Assembly (NCBI GenBank): GCA_963844035.1
Contig: CAWJMT010000010.1
Span: 1 to 64,000, forward strand
Direction: 5' to 3'
DNA length: 64,000 nt
Origin: an uncultured Gemmatimonadales bacterium
Lineage (GTDB): Bacteria; Gemmatimonadota; Gemmatimonadetes; Gemmatimonadales; GWC2-71-9
In this document: positions 22,550 through 33,655 of the stretch, piece by piece
Position numbering within the stretch: position 1 is the stretch's first letter
Layout of the letters: every line of letters starts with the position of its first letter
Translations under genes and position numbers: made by a program
The notes under the pieces: generated by a model
Databases searched by the model: none
Told to the model about the DNA's origin: nothing
The model's input: the letters and a program-made list of their open reading frames with translations, nothing else

Positions 22550-24168
22550 ACGTCAAGTTGGAACTGGAGGGATTCGAGTTTCCGCCCCTGAAGAAACCGG
22601 AAGCCGGCTCGTCGACTCCGGCGTCCTCGACTCCCACTGCGGGGAGTGTGAGTTTTGTAAAACAAGTTGCGCCGTTATTGGTTACGAAATGCGGCCGGTG
22701 TCACGTCGACAATGCCCGCGGCCAGTTCAGCATGGCCACCTTTGATCAGCTGAAGAAAGGGTCTGCCGCCGGCGTCGTGATCTTTCCGGGGGATGATGCG
22801 GGTAGCGTACTGATCGACAAAGTCTCCAGCGGCGAAATGCCTCCCAATGGCAACAAGCTCAGCGCGGAAGAACAGCAGTTGCTCCGACAATGGATCAAGC
22901 AGGGGGCCAAGTTTGACGGGACGAATCCGCAGACCACGCAGACCAGCTTGCGGAGTCTCGCACCGGGGGCGACCCCGGCTGAGCCACAAGCCGTCGCGAT
23001 TGTAGCGGCTTCCGGCACAGAGACGGTCAGCTTCGCCAAGGACATCGCGCCCGTGCTCGCCGCGAACTGCAATGGCTGCCACGTCGATGCGCGGCGAGTG
23101 CGCGGCAACTTCAACATGACGAACTTCACCGCGATGTTGAAGGGCGGTGACAGTGGTCCGCCGGTTCAACCGGGTAAGCCCGCCGAGAGTGTGCTCGTCA
23201 AACGGATCAAGGGGGACGGGGGCGGCAATCGCATGCCGATGGGTCGCGCACCGCTGTCCGACGCCGTCATCGCCAAATTTGAAAAATGGATCGCCGAAGG
23301 GGCGAAGTACGATGGCGGCGACCCCAATCTCAACGTCGGGCAAGTCGCCGCTTTGGCGAAAGCCCAGTCATCGACCCATGCGGAATTGACCGTCGAGCGC
23401 GCACGGCTCGCCGAACAGAACTGGCGGTTGGGAATGCCCAATATTCCCTTCACGAAAGTCGAGACCGAGAATTTCCTAATCATGGGAAACGTCGGTGAGG
23501 ATACGTTGAAGGATCTCGGGAAGAAGATCGAAGCGGTGCAGCCGCGGATCGCGACGATCTTCAACATGCCCGCGGGACAGCCCATGGTCAAAGGCCGGAT
23601 GTCGATCTTCGTCTTCAACCAGCGCTACGACTATGGCGAATTCGGCCAAATGGTGGAGAAGCGGTCGCTGCCTGCGGAGTGGAAAGGACACTGGCGATTC
23701 ACGACCGTCGATGCTTACGGAGCGTTGATCCCACCCAAGGCCGATGATTATTCATTCGACGCCCTGGTCGCGCAACAAATTGCTGGGACCTACGTCGCCA
23801 GCCTGGGAAAGGGCTGCCCACGTTGGTTTGCGGAGGGCTCGGCGCGCGTCGTGGCTTCGCGGATTGCACCGAAGGACTCACGTGTGTTCGACTGGGAGAA
23901 TGACCTCTCGGGTGCCCTTGGTTCCATGACCAAGGCCGATGATTTTCTGACCGGCAAGCTGCCGCCGGAGCAGTCGGACGTCGTGTCTTACAGCTTCGTG
24001 CGGTTCTTGATGAAGAACGCCGGTCTCTACCAGGCCCTCCTGACGGCGGTGCGTGGCGGCGAGACGTTTGACAAAGCGTTCGTGGCGGTGTTCAAAGGCA
24101 CACCGGCGACAGGTTGCGGAAGTTTGGGCGACCACCATGGCCAAGTCGACCAAGCGCAAGAGAAGTAG
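22550..24168 (+). CDS. planctomycete cytochrome c domain protein (two PSCyt1-like domains), 5' truncated
   Basis: VSFVKQVAPLLVTKCGRCH..MPP and VSFAKDIAPVLAANCNGCH..RMP. Confidence 0.85.
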
Positions 24169-24211
24169 CCACTCCCTTGAAAGCCGCGCTGACCGCGTCG
24201 ATACTCCCCGC

Positions 24212-25289
24212 ATGCTGCTGATTGACGCCAGCAATGCTGAGGACTACCTCCGCCACACCGGACGCATCGCGCCGGACGAGACGGTGCGGGTCCGTGAATT
24301 GGCCGGGGGCGTGTCCAATGTCGTTCTCCTCGTTTCACGCACCACCGGCGAACCCCGGTTCGTAGTGAAGCAAGTCCGCGAACAACTGCGAGTCCCCGAA
24401 CCCTGGTACTGCAGCATCGAGCGGATTTGGCGCGAAGTGGACGTACTCGAAGTATGCCATCGAGCGCTCGCCGAAACATCGGCGGTCGGGCTCCCACCTG
24501 GCGAGCCGACCATTGCCGTACCCCGAGTGTTGTTCTGCGACCGCGACAATTACTTGTTCGCCATGAGCGCCGTGCCGGACCATGAAGTTTGGAAGGCGCA
24601 ATTACTGCGGGGTGAAATCTGCCTGGCAACTGCCGCGGCCTGTGGTCGGCTTTTGGGGACGATCCATGCGGCAACCTGGCAACAGCCGGACGTGGCGCAG
24701 CGTCTGGGAGATACGAGCTTCTTTGACGCCCTGCGGCTCGATCCTTATTATCGCCATGTTGCCCGATCGCACGCCGATGTTGCACCCGCGCTGCAGCGTC
24801 TGGTGGCGTCCTTGGCGGAGCATCCACGCTGCCTCGTCCATGGCGACTTCAGCCCGAAGAACATCTTGGTGCATCGGGGCGGGCTGACGCTGGTCGACTT
24901 CGAGGTCGGGCACTTTGGCGACCCCGCGTTCGATCTTGGGCTTCTTTCTGACGCATCTAGTCTTGAAGGCCATTCGCGCCCGGGACGGATGGTGGGGTTT
25001 CCTTCAGCTGACGTTTGCCTTTTGGAACCAATACAAGCAGAGCCTGCTGCCGACCTGCGGTGCGAAGGAGTACGCCGCGCTGGTGGCACGCGGGATCGAG
25101 AACCTGGCGGGCTGCTTGTTGGCTCGGGTGGACGGCAAGAGCCGAGTCGACTACCTGGATTCCGCCGCACAAGTGACCGTGCGCGGATTCGCACGCGACC
25201 TGTTGTTTCAGTTGCCGGCGACTTGGCCCGCAGTGGTCGCCCGATATGTCAACGTTACTCGCCGTGCCGTACGAGCAGTCCGGACATAG
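24212..25289 (+). CDS. aminoglycoside phosphotransferase / methylthioribose kinase-like protein, frameshifted
   Basis: LAGGVSN, VVKQ, LRLDPYY, LVHGDFSPKNIL, VDFEVGHFGDPAFD. Confidence 0.85.
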
Positions 25290-25331
25290 GCCAGAAGGTT
25301 ATGAACCACGCAAGGCAGGATGTCACGAAGC

Positions 25332-26320
25332 TCACGAAGCGAAGGTCGGTTGCATATTGACGACCATATTGAGATCCACAAATCCGACCTCGCATTCTTC
25401 CGCAAGTTTTTGGAATGACATGATCGCTTCGTCGCTGACCATGGCACGCGTCACTAAGAGGCGCCGGAGTTTTGGCGAAGGGATCAATCGCATGAGACCG
25501 TCGCCGCTGACACGCGTTTGCGAGATGTTGAGTTGAACCAGCGCCGGGTGTTGCTGTAATTTGGCTAAGCCGGCGTCCGTGATTCGGGTCGCGGAAAGGT
25601 CCAGACCTCGCAGGCGTCGGAGTTGAGCGAGAATTTCCAAACCAATATCGGTAACTCCTGTACCAGAGAGGTTCAGATCCGCTAGAGCGCGCGAGTGGCC
25701 TGAGGTGAGTCACGCCCTTGTCGGTGATTTGAGTATTTGAAAGGTCCAGCGACACAATCGATTCGTAGTGCTCCAGCGCCGCAAGTCCATCATCCGTGAC
25801 TCCCGAAGATGAGAGCTTGAGATTCGTCAACGATTTCGCCGCGGCCAATGTCGCGAAGCCGTGTCCGCGCAGCGGGGCGCCCGAACAGATCCAGGCATTC
25901 GAGATTCGTGAGTTGTTGCAGCTCCATGCAGGCCGACGTCGCTTATTTGGCAGTTGGGTAATGACAAAGAGTCGGATTCCGAGTTGCTTCCCAATCTGAG
26001 CGATCCCGCGATCGGTGATCCCGCCATTCTTTACTGCGCACCTCACCCAAATCAGGAAACGCGCTCAGTACTTCCACACCTCCGTCATCACCGGCCTTCA
26101 ATTCAACTACTCTGACGACTGCGAAATAGGATGAATCAAAGATGGCGTGAAGGTATTTGGTCAGGATTCCTGTCGCGGGAACTGTGGCGCAAATCACCGA
26201 ACCGCCCAATCGTCTCGATTTCCGCTCGCCCCGCTTGCTGACGTCCGTGCCACCAAGATTTCATTTGCTGCCAGCGCGAGAACAACGGCCAATACCCCTG
26301 GATCAACAGGAAAGTCGAGA
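25332..26320 (-). CDS. leucine-rich repeat protein (planctomycete type), frameshifted
   Basis: Repeats LDLSNTQITDKGVTHL, LDLSATRITDAGLAKL, LNISQTRVSGDGL. Confidence 0.75.
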
Positions 26321-26592
26321 TTCTAAACCTCGGCAGGTGCCGATCGCGAGGCTTAGAGAGGGCGTTTGACGGACGCTTGTGAAAGTCCATGGTTAACGCC
26401 TTTGCAACGGTTCGCAGTTTCCCTGCAAATCAGACAACTGCGGTTTGGTCACCAACTGCACTTGTGCCAAGCCAGTTTGCGGGGACCACGACGCACTATA
26501 ATCAAAGCCGTTATCACTGAGATCGGCGTTCGGTTGCTGGCAGCCATTGTATGGGATCGCGCCCGTTCCACAACGAATGAAGGAGTCTTCTC

Positions 26593-27885
26593 GTGTCGAC
26601 TATCCGTTCCGTTCACGCTCGCGAAATTCTCGACAGTCGCGGCAAGCCGACGGTCGAAGTCGAGATTCACAATGCGGATGGCACTTGGGGACGGGCCAGT
26701 GTCCCATCGGGAGCCAGCACCGGATCCGCGGAAGCTTTGGAGCTGCACGACGAAGATGCGGCGCGATACGACGGTGACGGAGTCCACAAGTCGGTCGCGA
26801 TCATTGGCAAGACTCTGGCGCCGGCCATCATCGGCCTGGATGCAACGGACCAGGCTGCCGTCGATGCTCGGCTGCTGGCGCTCGATCCCTCTCCGCAAAA
26901 GACGACGCTCGGCGGGAATTCGTTGTTGGCCGTGTCCCTCGCGACGGCCCACGCCGGCGCGGCGACTCAACGGAAACCTCTGTTTCGGCACATCCATCAA
27001 CTCTACGTCGATTCGGCCCGGTCCTTCGCCGCCTCGACGCGAGTCGCAACCGCCCCGCGCATGCCGACGCCGATGACCAATATGATTTCCGGTGGCCTGC
27101 ACGCCGGCGGCAATCTCGACATTCAGGATGTCTTGGTGCTGCCGGTCGGAGCCCCGGATTACGCAACCGGTCTGGAGTGGATCGTCCGTGTTTATCGGCG
27201 GCTGGGAGTGTTGTTACAACGCGCCGGCCATGAGGGACGCCTGGTCGGCGATGAAGGGGGTTATGGTCCGCGGCTCGCCAGCAATGGCGAAGCGATCCGC
27301 TTTGTTGTGCGGGCGATCGAGGCGGCGAATCTGAGTCCCGGCAAGGACATGACGATCGCGCTGGATGTCGCCGCCTCGCACTTCTTCGACAACGGTATCT
27401 ATCGACTGGCGAGCGATGCTGGACGGCAGCTTGATTCCGCCCAGATGGTGGAACTGCTGGCCGAATGGGTCGACGAGTTTCCAATTGCCAGTATCGAAGA
27501 TGGCTTGGCCGAAAACGATTGGTCCGGTTGGCGGTTGCTCACCGACCGACTCGGGCACAAAGTACAACTCGTCGGGGACGACCTGTTCACCACCAACGCC
27601 ATTCGGGTGAAGCGCGGAATCGAGCTGGGTGTTGGCAACAGCGTCTTGATCAAAGTGAATCAGATCGGCACGCTGACCGAAACCCTGCACACAATCCACA
27701 CGGCTCGCGCGGCAGGTTACTCACTCGTGGTCTCGGCTCGGAGCGGCGAAACGGAAGATTCGACCCTTGCCGATTTGGCCGTCGGCGTCGCCGCCGAACA
27801 AATCAAAATCGGCTCAATCGTCCGCAGCGAACGGCTGGCCAAATACAACCAACTGCTGCGCATTCAGGAGCAGCTCCGCAATTAA
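26593..27885 (+). CDS. eno: enolase (phosphopyruvate hydratase)
   Basis: AREILDSRGKPTVE, VPSGASTG, VGDEGG, LVGDDLF, IKVNQIGT, RSGETED, ERLAKYNQLLRI. Confidence 0.95.
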   Translation: MSTIRSVHAREILDSRGKPTVEVEIHNADGTWGRASVPSGASTGSAEALELHDEDAARYDGDGVHKSVAIIGKTLAPAIIGLDATDQAAVDARLLALDPSPQKTTLGGNSLLAVSLATAHAGAATQRKPLFRHIHQLYVDSARSFAASTRVATAPRMPTPMTNMISGGLHAGGNLDIQDVLVLPVGAPDYATGLEWIVRVYRRLGVLLQRAGHEGRLVGDEGGYGPRLASNGEAIRFVVRAIEAANLSPGKDMTIALDVAASHFFDNGIYRLASDAGRQLDSAQMVELLAEWVDEFPIASIEDGLAENDWSGWRLLTDRLGHKVQLVGDDLFTTNAIRVKRGIELGVGNSVLIKVNQIGTLTETLHTIHTARAAGYSLVVSARSGETEDSTLADLAVGVAAEQIKIGSIVRSERLAKYNQLLRIQEQLRN

Positions 27886-27909
27886 ACGACCTGCTCACCG
27901 TTCTCCAAG

Positions 27910-28320
27910 TCACGCGGATGCGATCGCGGGTGGCGTCGGGCCGTAGCTGGCGAGTTCGATAAAGTGGCCGTCCGGGTCGCGAAAGAAGACCTGGTGAATT
28001 CCACCGGCGTTCACTTGTTCGATGAATTCGATCCCGGCCGAGCGAAGTTGGTTTTTCGAGGCCTCGACATCCGTCACATGAAAGGCCAAATGATTGCCAC
28101 GGCTGTCGATGGCTCGTTCGGGATCAGGCGCCGACGAGACGTTCTCGATGATATGGATCTGGACACCGTAGTTGAACAACCAGGCACCGCGGAAGTTGAA
28201 TGCCGGGCGTTGCAGTTCCCGGAAGCCAAGCAGGTCGCGATAAAACGCGATGCTCTCGGCGGGACGGCGCGTGACCCGAGCAACGTGATGTAACGCGGTA
28301 ATTGGGAGCGGAGCGGTCAT
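27910..28320 (-). CDS. VOC/glyoxalase family protein
   Basis: LHHVA, FYRDLLGF, GAWL, HLAF, QVFFRDPDGHFIEL. Confidence 0.9.
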   Translation of the reverse strand: MTAPLPITALHHVARVTRRPAESIAFYRDLLGFRELQRPAFNFRGAWLFNYGVQIHIIENVSSAPDPERAIDSRGNHLAFHVTDVEASKNQLRSAGIEFIEQVNAGGIHQVFFRDPDGHFIELASYGPTPPAIASA

Positions 28321-28400
28321 ATTGTCAGTCCATTGCAAGCGAACAAGGTGGGTGAATATATACCGCGCACGTTCCCGATCGTCCAACAAGCGCATCGTTT

Positions 28401-28442
28401 AACCGCCAGCCACCCAAACGCGCTCGCCTGCGGCTGGCGGTT
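28401..28442. repeat. intergenic palindrome (REP-like)
   Basis: AACCGCCAGCC ... GGCTGGCGGTT inverted repeat. Confidence 0.55.
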
Positions 28443-28631
28443 CAACGCGGACAGGTCTCGCTTAAACCTTGGTAGCTGGGCGCCTCTGTGAAACCTTGCC
28501 GGTTGCGATGATTTTCTCGATTTCGACGACTTTCCGGACGATATACACCAACGTTTGACCGCCAGCCGCAGCCATGCGCGACTGTGGCGGATGCTCCGTA
28601 CGCCAAGTGTCCTGAGAATCGCGCCCAGGGA

Positions 28632-29387
28632 GTGAAACTTAGGTTATGTCGAAACATCTTTGCTTGTTGTTTGCAGCGTCATTGCTGGCGGCGGCCGCTG
28701 CACGGTTGTTGCTGTGTCGATCGCGTCTATCGGCCGATGGGCTGTGCTGACGGCGGTTGGGATCCGGTACTCGGATCGTGTCATGATTGCGGCGGTAATG
28801 GCAACTGCAGCGCCCATACGCCCTGCCAAACCGCTCGACATAACTTGACCTGCGGGTCCGGCTGCGGCGACATCTACTGGGGCGAGTGGCTCAGCACTCC
28901 ACCGGACGCCTGTGATCCGTGCGATGGCTGCGGCAACTGGGTCGGACCGCGCTGCTGCCCACCACGGTGGTGGCAGCAATCTGAGTTGTGGCGCGCCGGG
29001 TTTGTGGGGTTGGCGCTGCGGTGACGACGCGTGCTGCGATCATGGACCCGGTTGCACATCCTGTGGTGGCGGAGGCTGTGGTGCCGGAGAGTCCGGAGTG
29101 TGGAGCGACACGGAATTCGGTGAATACTACGATCCCTCGGACAAACCACTTGAACCGCGTAAGGCCACACCACCTCCTCAGATGGGCCCGACCGACGCGA
29201 AGCCCGAACCGGTTGCCCCTCCGCAACCCATGCCGGAAACGCACGGGACCCCCCACGCCAGGAATGTCCGCCCCTCGTCACCCAAGGCGCGGCCCATGCA
29301 ACCAACACGATCGACGCGAGCACCTCAACCCACGCGAGCTCCTCAACCGCGCCCGGCCACCAACCTCAGCCGGCCGCGAGCTTGTAG
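28632..29387 (+). CDS. Cys/Gly-rich planctomycete hypothetical protein with Pro-rich tail, frameshifted
   Basis: CGSGCGDIYWGEWLSTPPDACDPCDGCGNWVGPRCC; Pro-rich C-terminus; followed by a terminator. Confidence 0.65.
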
Positions 29388-29413
29388 ACAACGATCGCAG
29401 GATTCTTTCACTG

Positions 29414-29447
29414 CAGGACGGATGAAGTCATCCGTCCTGTTTCGTTT
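29414..29447 (+). terminator. intrinsic terminator
   Basis: CAGGACGGATG-AAGT-CATCCGTCCTG followed by TTTCGTTT. Confidence 0.75.
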
Positions 29448-29460
29448 CTTGACGGCGCGA

Positions 29461-29735
29461 TCATTCCTGGGTCAATTCGCGGGCGTTGCACTCAGCGGGC
29501 GCCGACTTCAGAGCCTGTCTGACATCCCACACCAAAACCGTTCCCATCTGCGTGCCCGTCACGATCCACGCTCCGTCCGGAGAGAATGACATGCTCGTGA
29601 TCGTTGTGTCCGGGATTCCGACTGTCGCGAGTTCCTTTCCGGATTTGGCGTCCCATAAACGGACGGCCGACAACCGGCAATCCGCGGGGCAACAAGCGAC
29701 GCCCAGGGCAAACTGGCTTGCATTGCTTGCGGTGT
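29461..29735 (-). CDS. WD40-repeat protein C-terminal fragment
   Basis: VRLWDAKSGKEL..ITSMSFSPDGAWIVTG..VLVWD. Confidence 0.8.
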
Positions 29736-29794
29736 AAGGATTCAAGTATTATGCGTTTGACGCGACAACGGTTGTGATTTTGGAGTGTATTCAC

Positions 29795-30310
29795 ATTCTT
29801 CCGCCGTGGGCGTAAACCTGCAGGCAGGTGAATTCGATGATCACCATCACGGCAAGCATGGTGAGCAGCTGCGGCGCCAACGGCCGACTCTGGTCGATGA
29901 ACGGCGGCAGCAGCGCGACATTGAACGCCCAGGCCTTGGGATTCGACACCGCGGTGATGAAACCCTGCGCGATCAGCGAGGAGCGGGTGCGCCGGTTGTC
30001 GCCGGCCACCTGCTCGGGCAGCATCGGCTCGGCGCGCCAGGTCTGCCACCCCATATAGAGCAGGTACGCCGCGCCAATCCATTTGAAGACCGCAAAGACC
30101 GTCGGCGCTGCGAGGAGGAGGGCAGCCACGCCGAGCACCGCGGACGCCCCGACCAAGGCGATGCCGGCGAGCTCGCCGGCCATCATCCACAGGGCGCGGC
30201 GTGGGCCGATGCTGATGCCCAGCGACATCGACAGGGTCATGCACAGGCCCGGGGACAGGGCCACCAGGAAAAAGCTGCCGGCGAAAGCGATGAGTAGAGG
30301 GAGGGGGATG
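29795..30310 (-). CDS. LysE/RhtB family translocator, partial
   Basis: LSPGLC, GELAG, FKWIGAAYLLYMG, QGFITAVSNPKAW; 3' end cut at a junction; no clear start codon. Confidence 0.85.
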
Positions 30311-30313
30311 GGG

Positions 30314-30877
30314 CTAGACCCTCAGCGAGCCACGGAACCCCCGGGCGGCATAGTAGGAGTCGGCACCGTTGTGATACACGAAGACGGTGTCATAGCGGTA
30401 GTCGCAAAAGAGGGCGCCACCGAGTTTTCTGATATCCGCAGGCGTTACGATCCAGCTCGATGTCGTGGTGTCGAATTTTCCATGCTTCTGCAGCTCGCGA
30501 TATTGCTCTTCCGTTAGCAGCTCAATACCCATGCTCGCGGCCATGTCGAGAGCGCTGTTCTTCGGTTTGTTTTCTTTCCGTGCCTCGAGCGCCTTCCGGT
30601 CGTAGCACACACTTCTGCGGTCCTTGGGACTTTGCGCCGAACAATCATAGAAGACGTATTCGCCCGTCTTCTTGTCATGGCCCACAACGTCCGGCTCACC
30701 GCCGCTCCGTTCCATTTCATTGAGCGACCAGAGCTTGTCAGGACTCGCCTCCAGCCTTGCCTGTACCTTCGCCCACTCAAGACCTTCATGGCGGTTCATG
30801 TTGGTGTCAAAACGGGCCTGCAACGTTTCGAGTAGTTCGTCACGCTGTCTTGCCTTCATGTCTTTTGCTTTTGGCAT
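30314..30877 (-). CDS. DUF4256 family protein
   Basis: RFDTNMNRH, MERSGGEPDVV, DCSAQSPKDRRSVCYD, VYHNGADSYYAARGFRG. Confidence 0.9.
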   Translation of the reverse strand: MPKAKDMKARQRDELLETLQARFDTNMNRHEGLEWAKVQARLEASPDKLWSLNEMERSGGEPDVVGHDKKTGEYVFYDCSAQSPKDRRSVCYDRKALEARKENKPKNSALDMAASMGIELLTEEQYRELQKHGKFDTTTSSWIVTPADIRKLGGALFCDYRYDTVFVYHNGADSYYAARGFRGSLRV

Positions 30878-30909
30878 TCCTGTCGCTCCTCTCCGCGTGA
30901 ACGGCGCCG

Positions 30910-31575
30910 TCAGGCCAGCGCGAACGCTCGCACCGGAAATGTCCCGAAGGCCTTGACCTTTACGGGCACGGCGAAGAACCGGCTGCCTTCATTCGGAAGC
31001 GCAGCCAACCCGCGCATGTGTTCGACGATCGGGATCTCGCTGCCCAACAGGACTGTGTGCACCGGACGTTCCCCGGTGGCGACGCTGTCGATATTCAGCG
31101 AGTCGATCCCCACGAGCGCCGCACCTGCCTTCACGAGCCAATCCGCCGCGCGCTCGGTCAGATAGGGATGACCTTCGAAATAGGCGTCGCTGCGCCAATG
31201 CCGGTCCCACCCGGTGTGAAACAACACGGCGCGACCGCCGACCTGGGCGGCCGTGAGGGGTACCCGATCGATCGCCGGGCCGGCCGCGGGATCAACGCGC
31301 ACCACGAGGCACTCGAGGTTGGCGAGCGACTCGAGCGGCAGCTCCGAGAGATCCTTGCCGTTTTCATAGCGGTGAAACGGACTGTCCACGTACGTCCCGG
31401 TGTTGGCGATCATCTCGATCTTGCCGATTTGAAACTCCGTGCCGGGAGCGTATTTCGTGCGCGATACTTCCCGGCTCAGCCAATCGCAGATGATCGGCGC
31501 CGGGAATCCTTTGTAGGTCGTCATGCCGTGTTCGACGGTGTGGCTGACGTCGATCAATCGTCGTTGCGTGGCCAT
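30910..31575 (-). CDS. cyclase / kynurenine formamidase family protein
   Basis: IDVSHT, NTGTYVDSPFH, LVGIDSLN, HTVLL..IVEH. Confidence 0.9.
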   Translation of the reverse strand: MATQRRLIDVSHTVEHGMTTYKGFPAPIICDWLSREVSRTKYAPGTEFQIGKIEMIANTGTYVDSPFHRYENGKDLSELPLESLANLECLVVRVDPAAGPAIDRVPLTAAQVGGRAVLFHTGWDRHWRSDAYFEGHPYLTERAADWLVKAGAALVGIDSLNIDSVATGERPVHTVLLGSEIPIVEHMRGLAALPNEGSRFFAVPVKVKAFGTFPVRAFALA

Positions 31576-31637
31576 CGGGTTGAACTCCGGGACTGAGGAT
31601 CTCGCGCGTGTTGGGGTGCCACGTCACCCCGTCATAC

Positions 31638-32027
31638 TCACCAATTGAGACTGAAAGGCCACGGCTGTGGGATAGCCAGGGACATCCAGGCCGCGCCGAG
31701 CAAGCCGACGTTCTTCTTGAAGTCCGTGAAATTCGCCTCCTTGACGGCGAGATTCGTGTCGGCCCAAAAATTATGGATGACCAACGACGTCGGCACGAGG
31801 AACAGCGTCACGCACAGGACGCCCCATGTGGGACGGCATCCCAGGAGAATGCTCAGACCGCCAACGATGATGAGGAGACCGGACGCGAGGACCATGGTAT
31901 GGGGCGCGGGAACGCCCTTGGACCCTGCATGGACCGTCAAGACCGGAGCGTGGCGAAAATGTTCCAGCCCTGAGAACAGCAAGACTCCACCAAATAGGAT
32001 CCGACCAGCCAGGAACAGGTATGGCAT
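31638..32027 (-). CDS. DoxX family membrane protein
   Basis: GRILFGG, KGVPAP, HNFW, FKKNVGLLGAA; GGAGG RBS. Confidence 0.9.
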   Translation of the reverse strand: MPYLFLAGRILFGGVLLFSGLEHFRHAPVLTVHAGSKGVPAPHTMVLASGLLIIVGGLSILLGCRPTWGVLCVTLFLVPTSLVIHNFWADTNLAVKEANFTDFKKNVGLLGAAWMSLAIPQPWPFSLNW

Positions 32028-32121
32028 GCCGACCTCCGATGGGGTTGCCTGTGACTGCGGCGCGCGTCCAATGTTGCGAGTCGCTCGCCGCGGCGCCAGA
32101 CTGGGTCGGTGATGCCGGGAC

Positions 32122-33628
32122 TCACCGGACGGGGGTGAGCACGTTGGCAACCACGTACGCGCCGATCTGCCGGCCCATCGCCGCGCCGACGTTGCCGGAA
32201 GTGCGATAGTGCACGCCGTCGTAGATCCGGGCGTTGAGCACTTCGGTCGCGTAGTCCGACAGCCGCCGGTACCGGCGCGTGACGCCCGGGGCCGTTGGGC
32301 TGGTCAACGCGAACTCGGGCACGGTGTCGCCGAAGAGTTTCTCCAGGACCGTCGCCACGGCCGTCTGTGAGATGCAGTGCGCGCACGGGTATTCGGGATG
32401 GAGCGGCGTGGGAATGAGGGGCTCCCAGCCGGGATCGCGCGCGGTCGCCTCGTTGCCGTCCACGTCGCCGTTCCTGATCGCGGTCACCGGTCGCCAGAAG
32501 TTGTAGGTGTACTTGGCGTCGAACACGGCGATCAGGGCGTCCGCGGCGGCCATGCAGACCAGGGCGTAGACACGGGCCCGCTCCAATGGGGCCAGCTGCT
32601 TTGCCTCCACGACCTGCCGGGCGACCGGCAGGTAGGTGCCGGGCCCGACGTACTCCCAGAAGCGCGCGATCTCGGTCTGCTCGGGCGTCCGGGTGGAGCC
32701 GGTCTTGGCGCCCAGGCGCTTCACTTCGTCGTAGTCGGCCGCCCACTCTTTGCTCGTCAAGGCGGGGGGCGGGCCGGGACGGAACTGGTTCCCCGCTCGC
32801 AGCGCGAATGGTTTCACCGCGCCCCACGCGGAGCCGATCGGCAACACCGTGGGCACGTACGTGCCCGCCGTGGTGGTCGGGCGCCACACGTTGGGCGATT
32901 CCGCGCCGTCGCCGGCTCGCTCATTCCACAACCGGGTCGCGACGTCTTCGCCCAGGCGCACGGCGTTCGCGCGCGGTCCTTCGGGAACGGCGGCGATGGC
33001 GGACTGGAACGCCGAGTCGAGCGCCGCCGTGTGTGCCGGATAGGCGCGCACCAGGATGGAATGCGCGGCCGCAGCAGCCGCCGCGTCGCCGGCCGCTCCG
33101 GGTGTGGCCCGCGGCTGCTGGCGATAGGGGGTGTAGCGCGGCTCGATCGCGTTGAGGGCATCGAACATGGCCAGCGCCACGAGCGCGACGCAGCGTCCGT
33201 TCAAGGTGGGGGGAACGCGGGCGCGATATCCCACGGCCACCGCTCGATCGATCCAGTCGCCCACGACATCGCCGCTCGGCGGGGGCGAGGCGGGACCGGG
33301 ACCGGTGAGCCGCTGCCTGTGCCGGATAGGCGCGCAGCAGGATGGAATGCGCGGCCGCGGCGGCCGCCGCATCGCCGGCCGCTCCGGGGGTGGACCGCGG
33401 CTGCTGGCGATAGGGGGTATAGCGCGGCTCGATCGCGTTGAGGGCGTCGAACATGGCCAGCGCCACGAGCGCGACGCAGCGTCCGTTCAGCGTGGGTGGA
33501 ACGCCGGCTCGATATCCCACCGCCACCGCGCGATCGATCCAGTCGCCCACGACATCGCCGGCCGGCGGGGGCGGAGCGGGTACTGCGGCGAGGGTTACAA
33601 GCAGCATGAACGGCAGGATGGGTTTCAT
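32122..33628 (-). CDS. vanadium-dependent haloperoxidase / PAP2-family protein with duplicated N-terminal segment
   Basis: Signal peptide; AMFDALNAI; DAKYTYNFWRPVTAIR; HPEYPCAH; RIYDGVHYR; frameshift between the duplicated blocks. Confidence 0.85.
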
Positions 33629-33655
33629 AGGGGTGTTGGCTCCGGGACTGGAATT

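Noticed and set aside
22078..24168. Apparent fusion of HYR-like repeats to a planctomycete cytochrome c protein (696-aa ORF)
   Set aside because: Composition and codon style switch at ~22549; this is an in-frame join of two unrelated fragments.
24212..25289. Aminoglycoside resistance kinase
   Set aside because: The motifs fit the broad APH/methylthioribose kinase-like family; nothing indicates an antibiotic substrate.
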